A DNA stretch of 64,000 nt from Bdellovibrionota bacterium (GTDB lineage Bacteria > Bdellovibrionota_C > UBA2361 > JBGSMV01). The DNA lies in contig JBGSMV010000059.1 of NCBI GenBank assembly GCA_041739995.1, positions 64,001-128,000 on the forward strand, given 5' to 3'. Below, one piece after another: positions 30,573-41,041 of this stretch (its first letter is position 1; each line of letters begins with the position of its first letter). The position numbers and the translations under genes are program-made. Below the pieces are notes generated by a model. The model saw only the letters and a program-made list of their open reading frames with translations. It made no database searches and was not told the DNA's origin.

Positions 30573-31292
30573 TTACACCAGGCGTTGAGGGGCTTTAATT
30601 CCCCTATCCTGCAGAGACCGAGCCTCCGCAGACCGAACATAGAACGGCTCAGTTTCTGAAATCTCTATAGCGGAGCTGGCATGACGAACTCCGAAAGAGT
30701 CAACCGGCGAGGCATCCGAGAAAATCTCACAAAACCCAATCGCCGCACCTTCAGAATCCGAAACCGCCGAGGGGGGAAGCTCCTGGTCGGGCTCGCCGGT
30801 GCTTACCCAATACGCTGACTGTGCGGAATGCAGCGCATAAAAAGCAGTGTCTCCCAGATCTCCAATGCGATGAATGAACGGAGGTGTCAACACTGCGGGC
30901 CAGCGCGGCCCGGATATCTCTGTGATAAACAGCAACCCAGTTCCCGCTGGAGAAACCACCACTACCGACTCTGCATCTGTGCGGTAGCGCCAGGCCGTAC
31001 CAATGGGGCTCAGAATGACCCACAACGGGCACTTATTTGCCCATGCAAGCCCCTTGGCGAATGAAAGCGCAATGCGGATTCCGGTAAAGGAACCTGGCCC
31101 GCCACCTACGATTATCTTAGTGACTGAACAAAGCGTAGCACCGGCTTCTGACAGTACTTCGCCCAGAACCACGCTGAATTTTTCGTCATGGCTTTGCTGC
31201 GCGCGAATACAGCGAGCAACCCGGGCGCCACTAGCCGTCTCGCACGCGAAACTTAAAAGCGGTCCGGCGCAGTCAATCGAAAGGGTCGTCAT
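30573..31292 (-). CDS. tsaB: tRNA threonylcarbamoyladenosine biosynthesis protein TsaB
   Basis: LSIDC...SH...GPGSFTGIRI...KGLA; C-terminal PFYVR. Confidence 0.9.
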   Translation of the reverse strand: MTTLSIDCAGPLLSFACETASGARVARCIRAQQSHDEKFSVVLGEVLSEAGATLCSVTKIIVGGGPGSFTGIRIALSFAKGLAWANKCPLWVILSPIGTAWRYRTDAESVVVVSPAGTGLLFITEISGPRWPAVLTPPFIHRIGDLGDTAFYALHSAQSAYWVSTGEPDQELPPSAVSDSEGAAIGFCEIFSDASPVDSFGVRHASSAIEISETEPFYVRSAEARSLQDRGIKAPQRLV

Positions 31293-31335
31293 CTCAAGTC
31301 GCTCATTCGAAACTTTATAAGAGCAAGAGATCCGC

Positions 31336-32664
31336 TCAGAGCAGCAGACGCATCAGGTCATTCGAAATGGCAAACAGCATTAAGCACAGCAGCAGGGTTA
31401 GCCCCACCTGATTTGCAAGCGCGAGCCAGCGAACACTCAATGGTTTTCCTCGAATTGCCTCAATCAGAAAAAATGCGAGATGACCACCGTCAAGAACAGG
31501 GACTGGCAGCAGGTTAAAAATTGCTAAGCTGACGCTCAACAATACAAGAAAACTCAGCACTGACTCAAAACCCTGAGCCGCGCTTTGCGCCGCACCAGCG
31601 AAAACCGCTACCGGTCCGCCAATGGTCTGAGTGGGACTAATGACGCCGGCGAACATTGCACCGAACATCTTACCCGTAAGCTCGATTATCGCCCATACAT
31701 GCCGAAAGCCTAGTGGTACCGCCTCGAAGAAGCTTACTGGCTCACTTACGGTGGCCTGCGCGATTCCGATGCGATATGGACGTGCGTTGGGGTCTTTGTC
31801 GTAGGTTCCGTCAAGCACGTTGAGCTCAGTATTATCCGAGGTTCCAGTCACCAAGATTTCTATTTGCTGTCTTTCGCTTGCACCTTCGTTGGTACCGCTG
31901 CTGGAGCCCTCGATAGCCGCACTCTCCACCGCCCTGTCAACAACGATGGTGAGCGGAGCCCCCGCAGAACCTCGCACCGTTTCTGCGAGATTTATCCAAG
32001 AGACCACTTCCGTGCCATTGACTGAGAGCACTCGATCTCCGGCCTGTATTCCTGCAAGCGCGGCTGGTAGCTTAGGAGTCACGTGTCCAATGATGGGATC
32101 GGAAACCGGTGAGGGAATGCCGAATGACCAGGCCGCGGCTATGGCAATCAATACCGCAAATATCAAGTTGAAGGCTGGTCCCGCCAGCACTACTGCGACC
32201 TTCTCCGGAAGCGTTTGATTTAGAAAATGCCGACTTGGATCAACTTTCAGATCTGCGGGCACAGCTTCGGTTCCCGCGAAAAGGCGTTCGCCTAGAGCAG
32301 CACCACCAGCGCTGTCAGAAGATTTATCAGCGCTCGACTCTCCCGACGAGACATCCGAGCCCGCTTCTTCCTTTGGCGCCTTGGTGGTGGAAGCTTTGGA
32401 CTGCTCAGCTAGGTTAGCCTGCTCAAACGGATCGTCGCCGAGCATTTTTACATATCCACCAAGAGGAATGAGTCTTAAGTTATAGGTGGTCTCCCCTATG
32501 CGCTTTTTGAACAAGACTTTTCCGAATCCTACCGAGAAATCTAAGACGCACACGCGGCACATCTTTGCGACCAAGAAATGCCCAAGCTCGTGCACAAATA
32601 CGAGCACACTCAAGGTCAAGATTGACATTACCGCTGAGTAAGAGACGCCAAATATTTCAGTCAC
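31336..32664 (-). CDS. rseP: RIP metalloprotease RseP
   Basis: HELGH, PDZ domain and NLLPVPVLDGGH; follows dxr. Confidence 0.96.
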   Translation of the reverse strand: MTEIFGVSYSAVMSILTLSVLVFVHELGHFLVAKMCRVCVLDFSVGFGKVLFKKRIGETTYNLRLIPLGGYVKMLGDDPFEQANLAEQSKASTTKAPKEEAGSDVSSGESSADKSSDSAGGAALGERLFAGTEAVPADLKVDPSRHFLNQTLPEKVAVVLAGPAFNLIFAVLIAIAAAWSFGIPSPVSDPIIGHVTPKLPAALAGIQAGDRVLSVNGTEVVSWINLAETVRGSAGAPLTIVVDRAVESAAIEGSSSGTNEGASERQQIEILVTGTSDNTELNVLDGTYDKDPNARPYRIGIAQATVSEPVSFFEAVPLGFRHVWAIIELTGKMFGAMFAGVISPTQTIGGPVAVFAGAAQSAAQGFESVLSFLVLLSVSLAIFNLLPVPVLDGGHLAFFLIEAIRGKPLSVRWLALANQVGLTLLLCLMLFAISNDLMRLLL

Positions 32665-32759
32665 GAACCATCCTATAAAATTGCTGCGGCGCTATAAATT
32701 CTTCTCGCCACCAAACTCCGCCCATCCATTGCCAAAACAAGTCAAAATATCAAACCGAT

Positions 32760-32852
32760 ATTGAGTACCACTCATTAGAACAACATTGAGTACCACTCAT
32801 CAGAACAACATCGAGTACCACTCATCAGAACGAACCCGAGCACCACTCAGAA
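32760..32852. repeat. Tandem ~25-bp repeat x3.7 overlapping the dxr stop codon
   Basis: attgagtaccactcattagaacaac / attgagtaccactcatcagaacaac / atcgagtaccactcatcagaacgaac / ccgagcaccactcagaa. Confidence 0.9.
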
Positions 32853-34066
32853 ACCTTAGCGCGCACTTCACGGTCCACTTGATGCAATTCTGTAGGCGTC
32901 TTTGGAGCTGCGAACTGAAGCTCTTCCAGGGCACGCGACACCAAGGGAACAATACGGTCAAACGAAATCGCTCCTCTCAGGAAAGCATGTACAGCAACCT
33001 CGTTGGAAGAGTTTAATACCGCACAGGCTGCACCGCCAGCATCAAGCGCACCCCGAGCCAGCGCGATGGCAGGAAAACGCGCCCCTTCAACCTCCTCAAA
33101 GACCAAATTTTCAAGCTGCGGCAGGGAAAGCGAGGGGATCAGGTCAGGAATGCTCTCAGGGAAGCACAGCGCCGAACCGATTGGCCCCGACATATCTGCA
33201 GAAGAGGCATGCATAATGGTGGAACCGTCATGCATCTCAAGCATGCCGTGCACCAGGCTTTGGGGGTGAATAAGGACCTTTACTCGCTGATGCTCAACCC
33301 CAAACAGCCACACGGCTTCAATCAGCTCTAAAGCCTTGTTCATCATGGTGGCGCTATCGATCGATATCTTGGCACCCATGGACCAGCGCGGGTGCTTTAC
33401 GGCGTCGGCGATCGATACTTCTTTCAGTGTATTCACGGCACGACGTAAAAAAGGCCCACCTGAGGCCGTAAGCACCAAGTGCTTGACCTGGTCAAAGCGA
33501 ACATTTCTAAGAAGTGAAAACAGCGCAGCATGCTCGCTATCTACAGGAATGAGCGTTCCGCCGAAGCGCTCAAGGGATTCCTGCACCAAGGCACCGCCCG
33601 CCACCAAGCTCTCCTTATTGGCAAGTGCTACGCGTTTTCCGGCATTAAGAGCCGCCAGGACCGAGTGCAGTCCAGCCATGCCCATGGCTGCTGCCAAAAC
33701 CACATCAACGTCGCTCCTGGTTACGAGCTTTGTTACCGATTCTGGTCCAGCTTCAAGTGAAAGTCTCGAGGCAGGCAGGTCTTCCGACGAAAGCTTTGCC
33801 AAAAACGTAGAATATGCAGATTTCAGCGCTGCGTAAGACGACTCTTCACTTAGTACGACCGAGTTCGCCCCACAACGCCGAGCGGCCTCAAGCAATGGAT
33901 CCGCACGCTCGCGTCCCACAACACCTATGATTTTGAGGCGCTCCGGAAAGCGCTCGGCCAGGGTCACGGCAGTGGTGCCGATGGAGCCAGTAGCACCTAC
34001 TACCACGACAGAAACAGGACCAGAGCGCGCACGAGGTGCGGCGCCGATGCAGGAGGGAACCAACAT
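32825..34066 (-). CDS. dxr: 1-deoxy-D-xylulose-5-phosphate reductoisomerase
   Basis: GATGSIG, ANKESLV, PVDSEH and WSMGAKISIDSATMMNK motifs. Confidence 0.97.
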   Translation of the reverse strand: MLVPSCIGAAPRARSGPVSVVVVGATGSIGTTAVTLAERFPERLKIIGVVGRERADPLLEAARRCGANSVVLSEESSYAALKSAYSTFLAKLSSEDLPASRLSLEAGPESVTKLVTRSDVDVVLAAAMGMAGLHSVLAALNAGKRVALANKESLVAGGALVQESLERFGGTLIPVDSEHAALFSLLRNVRFDQVKHLVLTASGGPFLRRAVNTLKEVSIADAVKHPRWSMGAKISIDSATMMNKALELIEAVWLFGVEHQRVKVLIHPQSLVHGMLEMHDGSTIMHASSADMSGPIGSALCFPESIPDLIPSLSLPQLENLVFEEVEGARFPAIALARGALDAGGAACAVLNSSNEVAVHAFLRGAISFDRIVPLVSRALEELQFAAPKTPTELHQVDREVRAKVSEWCSGSF

Positions 34067-34083
34067 TTCAATACCCTCCCATC

Positions 34084-35034
34084 TTATTGGCCGCCGTACG
34101 CAACCAGCACAGCGAGCAGCAGACAGGATGCGCTTAAGATTCCGTCACAGCGGTCGTAGATACCACCATGCCCCGGCAAGATTGCGCCGCTATCCTTAAC
34201 GCCCGCAGAGCGCTTTAGTGTGGATTTCAAAAGATCTCCGAGCTGGGCAATCACCGCCACCAGCGCCCCTAAAAAAAGCAACCCAAGGGTCGAGGCCTGA
34301 GGAACGAATAGAATGCCATAGACAAGGCTGGTCAAAACGCTCACGCACAAGCCGCCTCCTGCTCCGCTCCAGGTCTTCCCAGGAGAAACAGCCGGTAAGA
34401 GTTTTGGTCCTCCAACCGAAGACCCCACCAGATAAGCAGCGATATCTCCCAATGCCACGACAAGCACTAAGTAGCCGAACCATACCACGCCCTGAGAAAG
34501 GCAGAGGATCGCGAAAACTGCAGCGCATCCCGCACCGACGTGAAGTACTCCGACCAGAGAGCCTCCCAAACCTCTAAGAATTCGATCTGGAGATCCCATG
34601 GTCCAAAGTGATCGAACCGACAATGCGCTGACTGCGAGCACCAAGCCTGCCAGCATTGCTCCTAGTACCGAACTCGGGCTCAAATTTTTGCTCAGTGCAA
34701 CCGACGAAGTGATGCTCTGCGCGTTAAGAACTTCGCTTGGATGGTCTGCAAGGGATACAGAGCAGAAGTGCCCCTGTGCGCCGGAAAAGACAAAGCACAG
34801 CGGTAAAAGGAGAGACAAAACCAAAAGCGCCTGCCCCAAGCGGGACTCATCCAAGATACGCGCGCACTCATAAGCGGCCAGCAGCGAGAGTGCTGCGATG
34901 ATGCCCAGTAACAGAACCTTTCCTGAGCAGGTAAATTCAGCAGCAAGTACGAGGCCGGTGATGCATATGAAAAGCACCGCGCCTGTGAACACCCTGCGAC
35001 GAAATTCCGGTCGGGAAAACAACTTGTCTGTCAT
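34084..35034 (-). CDS. cdsA: Phosphatidate cytidylyltransferase
   Basis: SPGKTW, GDLLKSTLKR..GVKDSG.ILPGHGG..DRCD motifs. Confidence 0.95.
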   Translation of the reverse strand: MTDKLFSRPEFRRRVFTGAVLFICITGLVLAAEFTCSGKVLLLGIIAALSLLAAYECARILDESRLGQALLVLSLLLPLCFVFSGAQGHFCSVSLADHPSEVLNAQSITSSVALSKNLSPSSVLGAMLAGLVLAVSALSVRSLWTMGSPDRILRGLGGSLVGVLHVGAGCAAVFAILCLSQGVVWFGYLVLVVALGDIAAYLVGSSVGGPKLLPAVSPGKTWSGAGGGLCVSVLTSLVYGILFVPQASTLGLLFLGALVAVIAQLGDLLKSTLKRSAGVKDSGAILPGHGGIYDRCDGILSASCLLLAVLVAYGGQ

Positions 35035-35067
35035 GAGACCTATTATTCATTAGGCGTTCATTAGGCA

Positions 35068-36051
35068 TTACGATGCGTGTGGCGAACCAGCACTACCGCT
35101 ATTCGCGGAACCGAGAGACTCCCCGTCTTGGAAGCGGGGTCGAGCGTCGAGCGGTGCTGACTCAATCCTTTTACCAGATGAAGCCGAGCAGTTTTCCTCT
35201 CTCCGTTGCTCATCCGTCATGCCGAATCTTCTAGTTCTATTCGCATACTCTTGAAGACATCGCGCCAATTCCTCTTTGGAGAACTCAGGCCAATAGCTCT
35301 TGCTCACCACGAACTCCGCATATGCGAGTTGCCAAAGCAAGAAGTTAGAAATTCTGGATTCGTCTCCCGTACGCAATAGCAAGTCAGGATCGGGAATGTC
35401 CGGCGCAAACAAATACTTCTGCACAGAAGATTCATTTATGTCTTGAGGTGAGAGCTCGCCTTTGACGCATAGTTCGGCCAGCGTACGCGCACTTCTTGCA
35501 ATCTCGTCTCTGCCGCCGTACGAGAGTGCCAATACAAGTTGCATCTCAGTTAGGTGCGCGGTCTCCGATTCGATTTTTGCGAGTGCCTTTTGCACATCTA
35601 CGGGAAGTCGCTCTCTGGCACCGATAGCGCGCAAGCGAATTCCGTGTTTCAATAACAGATCGCGCTCTGAGTACACGTACTCGCAGAAAAGACGCATCAA
35701 CCCAGACACTTCTTCCTGTGGACGCAGCCAATTCTCGGTCGAAAAACTAAACAAAGTGAGATATTGGATTCCAAGACGGCGGCACTCTTCCACTACCATT
35801 CGAACAGTCTTGGCTCCCGCGCGATGACCCTCAAGCCGAGGCAGCCTCTGAGCCTTCGCCCAGCGCCCATTACCATCCATAATAATAGCGAGATGCCGCA
35901 CTGCGGGAACACTTGCAGAGCCGATGCCTGCGTCAGGACTCGGGCCATGGCTGAGACCGTTGCTCAGGCCCTTTCTCAGGTCGTGGCTGGCTGTCAGTTC
36001 GGCTGACTGACTTACCGACTTGTTAAATAGGGCGCTCCAAGGCCATCGCAC
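35068..36051 (-). CDS. uppS: Undecaprenyl diphosphate synthase (start uncertain)
   Basis: HLAIIMDGNGRWA, FSTENW.RP and RISNFLLWQLAY motifs. Confidence 0.96.
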   Translation of the reverse strand: MRWPWSALFNKSVSQSAELTASHDLRKGLSNGLSHGPSPDAGIGSASVPAVRHLAIIMDGNGRWAKAQRLPRLEGHRAGAKTVRMVVEECRRLGIQYLTLFSFSTENWLRPQEEVSGLMRLFCEYVYSERDLLLKHGIRLRAIGARERLPVDVQKALAKIESETAHLTEMQLVLALSYGGRDEIARSARTLAELCVKGELSPQDINESSVQKYLFAPDIPDPDLLLRTGDESRISNFLLWQLAYAEFVVSKSYWPEFSKEELARCLQEYANRTRRFGMTDEQRREENCSASSGKRIESAPLDARPRFQDGESLGSANSGSAGSPHAS

Positions 36052-36055
36052 AAAG

Positions 36056-36610
36056 CTAAACCTCCATCATCTCTTTCTCTTTCTGAGAGGCAAGCGTTTC
36101 TAACTCAGCGATGAACTTATCAGTGATCTTCTGTACTTCGTCTTGTCCGCGGCGCAAATCGTCAGTGGACATTTCCTTGGCCTTCTCACTCTTCTTCAAC
36201 ACTTCGAGTGCATCGCGGCGGTGATTGCGCATCCCGACCTTGTTCTCCTCAGCCAACTTATGCAGCTGCTTCACCATGTCACGACGACGCTCTTCTGTGA
36301 GAGGCGGAATATTGAGACGCAAAATGCTCCCGTCGCGCGAAGGGTTTAACCCAAGATTAGCTGCCTGGATTGCCTTCTCCACCGCCTCAACGGCCGCTCT
36401 GTCGTAAACTTGAATCATGAGCTGTCGCGGCTCAGGAGCGGAAATCATACCGAGCTGAATCAACGGAACCTGAGAGCCGTAGTACTCGACGGTGAGGCCT
36501 TCCAGAAGATTAGGAGAAGCGCGGCCACTACGGAGACGCCCGCATTCCTTTTTAAAATGCTCGACGGTTTTAAGCCCCTTGTCCTTAAGGTCACCGAATG
36601 AATTGTCCAT
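36056..36610 (-). CDS. frr: Ribosome recycling factor
   Basis: RSGRA, VEYYG, PPLTEERR and KEKEMMEV motifs. Confidence 0.96.
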   Translation of the reverse strand: MDNSFGDLKDKGLKTVEHFKKECGRLRSGRASPNLLEGLTVEYYGSQVPLIQLGMISAPEPRQLMIQVYDRAAVEAVEKAIQAANLGLNPSRDGSILRLNIPPLTEERRRDMVKQLHKLAEENKVGMRNHRRDALEVLKKSEKAKEMSTDDLRRGQDEVQKITDKFIAELETLASQKEKEMMEV

Positions 36611-36651
36611 ATGTACCCCCAAATGATTTAGGCCGATGGTCGTAGAATCAG

Positions 36652-37452
36652 TTAGTTCTGAAGAGTTTGGATTTCTGCAGGCTGGGCATTGGATACCAAG
36701 GTGCCCACTTTTTCACCCTTCACAATTCGCACCAAATTCCCAGTCTTGCCCACATCAAACACAATAATAGGGAGCTCGTTCTCCTTGCAAAGCGAAATCG
36801 CGGCTGCGTCCATCACCTTAAGATCTCGCTGAAGTACGTCCATGAAAGTTAGGTGTGAAAACGGCTTGGCCTGTGGGTGCTTTTTTGGGTCCATGTCATA
36901 CACGAAGTCGACTTTGGTGCCCTTAAGCAGCACGTCAGCACCAATTTCCATCGCGCGCAAAGCCGCGGCAGTGTCTGTGGTGAAGTAGGGATTTCCAGTT
37001 CCGCAGGCAAAGATAACTACCCGGCCCTTTTCAAGATGTCGCTGCGCCCTACGTCGGATGTATGGTTCTGCGATCTGTCGCATTTCAATGGCTGAGAGCA
37101 CTCGCGTCTCCAGTCCCTGCTGTTCCATCACGTCCTGCAAAGCGAGCGCGTTCATGGCGGTCGCCAACATGCCGATCTGGTCACCAGATGCGCGGTCAAG
37201 CCCCTGGGCTCCGGCCTGCACTCCGCGGAAGATATTTCCGCCGCCAATTACTACGCCGACTTCAACGCCGAGTGCTCTAATGTCAGCGATTTCTTTAGTG
37301 AGCGCTTGAATAACTTCTGCTTCGATCCCGTACCCGCGACTGCCACCGAGAATCTCACCACTAAGCTTCAACAACACTCTGCGAAACACTATGTCCTTGG
37401 GAAGGGACCGTGCGGGAGAATTCTTTTGGGGCTGAGAACTCTTTTCATTCAT
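36652..37452 (-). CDS. pyrH: Uridylate kinase
   Basis: [17 protein letters not shown] and GNPYFTTD motifs. Confidence 0.97.
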   Translation of the reverse strand: MNEKSSQPQKNSPARSLPKDIVFRRVLLKLSGEILGGSRGYGIEAEVIQALTKEIADIRALGVEVGVVIGGGNIFRGVQAGAQGLDRASGDQIGMLATAMNALALQDVMEQQGLETRVLSAIEMRQIAEPYIRRRAQRHLEKGRVVIFACGTGNPYFTTDTAAALRAMEIGADVLLKGTKVDFVYDMDPKKHPQAKPFSHLTFMDVLQRDLKVMDAAAISLCKENELPIIVFDVGKTGNLVRIVKGEKVGTLVSNAQPAEIQTLQN

Positions 37453-37609
37453 GTGTTCGGCTCTCAAGTGGCAAGCTAAATTGCTTACGGGTTATCCCTG
37501 ACTAAGTCACTCCATTGAAATCGGCAAAAAATCACTACTAGATCAACCCACCAGAAGCAGCTCCCAGAAAGGCTCTGAGGCAACCCTGGCAGTACGGTCT
37601 AAGGATTCC

Positions 37610-38287
37610 CTACGCAATCATTCCGGCAACTTCTTGCGCGAGATTCGAAGCAACCTTCTCGATGCCCTCACCCACTTCAAAGCGCTGGAAACGACGAATG
37701 ACGACCTTCTCTCCACATTTCATCGAGAACTGTTCTACCAGTTTCTGTACTGACATCTCGCCGCTCTCGTCCTTCACAAAGGACTGTCTAAAAAGGACTG
37801 CATCCTCGTAGAATTTCTCGACTTTGCCTGGAAGAATTTTATCCGCCTTCTCGCGCTGTTGCTCGTTAAGCTGAGCAAGGAGGATTTCCTTTTCCTTCTC
37901 AATCACCTCTGGCGGTACTTCCTCGACGGAGACATACAGCGGCTTCATCGCGGCGACATGCAAGGCAAGATCTCGCGCGAGAGCACGAAACTCTTCTGTG
38001 CGCGCAACGAAATCGGTCTCACAGTTCAGTTCGACTACCGACACCACCTGCTCGCCTTGATGCACGTAAATTCCGATTGTCCCCTCTGCGGCAACCTTTC
38101 CTGCTCGCTTGCTGAGGTCTTTTAAGCCTTTCTTTCTAAGAACCTCGACCGCTTGGTCCATGTTACCTGACGCTTCGCTAAGCGCCGTCTTGCAATCGAG
38201 CATTCCAGCGCCAGTGCGCTCACGGAGTTGCTTGACCATTGATGCTGAGATTACCGTTCCTGATGATGCTGAATTACTTTCTGACAT
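37610..38287 (-). CDS. tsf: Elongation factor Ts (short form)
   Basis: LRERTGAGMLDCK and ELNCETDFVA motifs. Confidence 0.97.
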   Translation of the reverse strand: MSESNSASSGTVISASMVKQLRERTGAGMLDCKTALSEASGNMDQAVEVLRKKGLKDLSKRAGKVAAEGTIGIYVHQGEQVVSVVELNCETDFVARTEEFRALARDLALHVAAMKPLYVSVEEVPPEVIEKEKEILLAQLNEQQREKADKILPGKVEKFYEDAVLFRQSFVKDESGEMSVQKLVEQFSMKCGEKVVIRRFQRFEVGEGIEKVASNLAQEVAGMIA

Positions 38288-38458
38288 GACTCACTATCCT
38301 TCTCTTCTGTCGAATTTCTCTTAGGGGCAACCGGTCATGAGAGTCCGAACCCTCAATACTCCAGTCAGCCCGCTCGACAATCTACGTTCATACAATCCGA
38401 CCCGCACGCGCAGCGTCCCTCTCGGCACACCTTTCGCACACATGCAGGGAGGTAAAGC

Positions 38459-39667
38459 TTAAGAAGCGGCGGCTGGGCTCTCTGCGCTGGCTGCAGCTGG
38501 AGACTCAGTCGAAGTGTCAGCGCTACCCTTGGCTTCCGCCTGAGGAGCAGCCGGTTTCTCAGCTGACTTGTCCGCTCCTGCGTGCGTCTCTGGCTGATTT
38601 CGATGGAATCCACCACCGCCACCGCCACCGCCGCGTCCACCACGACCGCCGCGCCCTGGACGATCCCTAGAGTCGCTGCTGTGTGTCTGTACGTGCGCTC
38701 GACCCTCAAGCACTTGTAGAAGCTCCTGCTTCTCTCGCGCTGGTCGCGCATTAAAGGCAGCACGACCTTCAATCACCGCGTCGCCTACTGCTGCCGAGAA
38801 CAGGCGAATAGTACGGGATGCGTCATCATTGGACGGAATCGGGTACTCAATGCGGTCTGGGTTTGCGTTGGTATCCGTCAGGGCGATCACTGGGATACGA
38901 AGACGACGAGCCTCTTGCACTGCAATCGTTTCTTTGAGCACGTCAATCACGAAGAGAGCGTCCGGTGGGCGCTTCATCATTCGAATACCGCCAAGGCTTT
39001 GCTCGAGCTTTCCAACTTCACGAGTAATCTCGAGCTTTTCCTTCTTAGTGATCTTTACTTTGGTAACATCAGTCTCGGACTGTACAAGAAGCTCTTCAAG
39101 CTTACGCATACGGTCGATTGAATTCTTGATGGTTTGAAAGTTGCTGAGCGTTCCGCCTAACCACCTGGTGGTTACGTAGAAACTGCCTGAACGCGCCGCT
39201 TCTTCTTGCACGATGTCTCGCGCCTGAATCTTGGTACCTACGTACAGCAAGCTTCCGCCACGTGAGATGGTGTCGACGATAAACTTTCGAGCTTTTTCCC
39301 AAAGCCCAAGTGTTCCATCGAGATTTAAAATGTGGATACCGTTCTTGGCACAGTAAATGTGCGGTAGCATCTTCGGATTCCACTTCTGAGTTTGGTGTCC
39401 GAAATGTGCGCCCACTTCTAAGAGCGTGCGAATTGAAATTTCAACAGGATAGCTTACTTCACTAGAGAGGCTCTCTCCCTTAGCGGCGGCGCGACGCGCT
39501 GCTACTGAAGCTCTACCGGTAGACGGAGCTGCGCTCGAGGCGGCTGTTTCGTTTGCAGCAGCGGTCTCTGGAGTAAACTCCGAAACCTCAGCCTCAGCTG
39601 ACTTCGCTTTTTTGTCGTTGGTAGCTTTGGAGTCATCGGTGCTCGCACCGTTTGTATCGATGGACAT
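38459..39667 (-). CDS. rpsB: 30S ribosomal protein S2 with N- and C-terminal extensions
   Basis: LLEVGAHFGHQT..WNPKM, RWLGGTLSN and PSNDDA motifs. Confidence 0.97.
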   Translation of the reverse strand: MSIDTNGASTDDSKATNDKKAKSAEAEVSEFTPETAAANETAASSAAPSTGRASVAARRAAAKGESLSSEVSYPVEISIRTLLEVGAHFGHQTQKWNPKMLPHIYCAKNGIHILNLDGTLGLWEKARKFIVDTISRGGSLLYVGTKIQARDIVQEEAARSGSFYVTTRWLGGTLSNFQTIKNSIDRMRKLEELLVQSETDVTKVKITKKEKLEITREVGKLEQSLGGIRMMKRPPDALFVIDVLKETIAVQEARRLRIPVIALTDTNANPDRIEYPIPSNDDASRTIRLFSAAVGDAVIEGRAAFNARPAREKQELLQVLEGRAHVQTHSSDSRDRPGRGGRGGRGGGGGGGGFHRNQPETHAGADKSAEKPAAPQAEAKGSADTSTESPAAASAESPAAAS

Positions 39668-39689
39668 TGGTTCCCTTTGGTCTTAGTTA

Positions 39690-39770
39690 GCCTCCCCGAG
39701 GATGAAGCGCGAGCTTCGTGAGCGAACGTGCAAAAAGCACGTCACCAAGACACCATGATCCTCGGGTGTG
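39690..39770 (-). promoter_or_regulatory. rpsB (S2) autoregulatory leader
   Basis: CACAC-CCGAGGAU...GGUG...AUCCUCGG-GGAGGC closing stem resembling known rpsB leaders; extended -10 TGcTAGGGT at 39782-39790. Confidence 0.65.
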
Positions 39771-39923
39771 AATTTTGTGAGACCCTAGCATGTGGTCTAG
39801 GAGGGGGCAAATAGCCGGAATCTTAAGGATATACGGGCAGGTTAGCGGAAGAGCGGGATGCCGAAAAACGAGGACTGAGACAAAAAACCACCAATTGAAT
39901 TAAGCCGTTGCAAGCATAGCGCG

Positions 39924-40733
39924 CTACAGCGGGTTCTGTGCGCCAAGGCCACCAGATTTGGCTGATTTAAAGCCCATCTCAACCTGTCGCTGACCTACAT
40001 TCTCAACAAAGCGCTGTAGCAGCCCGAGACAGCTCTGGCCGCCGCGCCCACCGACCAAAGCCTCAATAGCACGCTCGGGGTGTGGCATTAGTCCAACAAC
40101 ATTGCCGCTTTCGTTGCAGATACCCGCAATGCTGGCCGCTGAACCGTTTGGATTTGAATTGCGGTCACCCGCGTCCACCTCTCCGCTCGCTGAACAATAG
40201 CGGAAGACCACCTGACCCGAAGTTTGGATGCGAGAAAGCGTCTGCTCGTCCGCAAAGTAGTTCCCCTCTCCATGCGCAATTGGACAGGTAATGACCTCTC
40301 TGACTGCATTTGCCGAAGAGCCATTGGGAATATTCGCGCTAAAGGCACTAAGAGACGGCTCAACCAATAAATGGACTGGACGTGAAAGGAAGTTGCACCC
40401 GACGTTTCTCAGCAACACTCCCGGTAACAGCCCCACCTCACACAGGATTTGAAACCCGTTACAAATCCCGAGAACGGCGCCGCCCGCGTTCGCAAATTTG
40501 AGCACTGCCGACATAGCTGGAGAAAGCTTGGCTAACGCACCGGTCCTAAGGTAGTCGCCGAAGGAGAATCCCCCCGGCAGTACGACCAGGTCAGGATTCT
40601 GTAAATCGTGATCCTGATGCCAGATCATACGCACGGCATGCTCGCCAGAGCTCGTATTCAATACCGTACCAAATGCGTGCGACACGTCGTGATCACAGTT
40701 GGAGCCAGGAAATACGATGATAGAAACTCTCAT
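39924..40733 (-). CDS. purQ: Phosphoribosylformylglycinamidine synthase subunit PurQ
   Basis: [24 protein letters not shown] and MPHPER motifs. Confidence 0.97.
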   Translation of the reverse strand: MRVSIIVFPGSNCDHDVSHAFGTVLNTSSGEHAVRMIWHQDHDLQNPDLVVLPGGFSFGDYLRTGALAKLSPAMSAVLKFANAGGAVLGICNGFQILCEVGLLPGVLLRNVGCNFLSRPVHLLVEPSLSAFSANIPNGSSANAVREVITCPIAHGEGNYFADEQTLSRIQTSGQVVFRYCSASGEVDAGDRNSNPNGSAASIAGICNESGNVVGLMPHPERAIEALVGGRGGQSCLGLLQRFVENVGQRQVEMGFKSAKSGGLGAQNPL

Positions 40734-40780
40734 CTCGCGGAACCTCTTGTAGACTTAATTCTGCCAGCTAATGACGACAC

Positions 40781-40921
40781 GAGTGTCCTGGGTTCGAGGC
40801 TCGCATAAGTATCTTTCCCGCTGTTCTCGCTGAACTCTTTATGTAATTCATTAAATATCTTTACAAAGAGAACGGTGAGCGCGGCGAGAATTATTCATCC
40901 ACCTAGCAACTCAGAACACTA
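40781..40921 (+). mobile_element. 141-bp MITE copy 2 (diverged)
   Basis: gAGTGTCCTGGGT...ACTCAGAACACTA; same length and shared core (TAATTCATTAAATAT..ACAAAGAG..AGAATTATTCATC) as copy 1. Confidence 0.8.
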
Positions 40922-40929
40922 CAGCGCCT

Positions 40930-41009
40930 ACTCTGAAAATCTAATCTTAGTGGTGCAAACAAACTCTAGAAATTAGGCTAAATTTAATTGAACCAATATG
41001 ACCACGAAG
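40930..41009 (+). repeat. Dispersed repeat family 2, copy A
   Basis: ACTCTGAAAATCTAATCTTAGTGGTGCAAACAAA...; aligns with the reverse complement of 43661-43759. Confidence 0.75.
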
Positions 41010-41041
41010 ATAGCGACCAGGGATTTCCCGAGCTCCCTACA

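Noticed and set aside
32760..32852. CRISPR array
   Set aside because: Units are head-to-tail with no unique spacers, and there are no cas genes in the window.
37610..38287. Truncated EF-Ts
   Set aside because: The ~200-aa short form is a known natural EF-Ts type.
40785..40810. tRNA T-loop-like GGTTCGA
   Set aside because: Lies inside MITE copy 2 and forms no cloverleaf.
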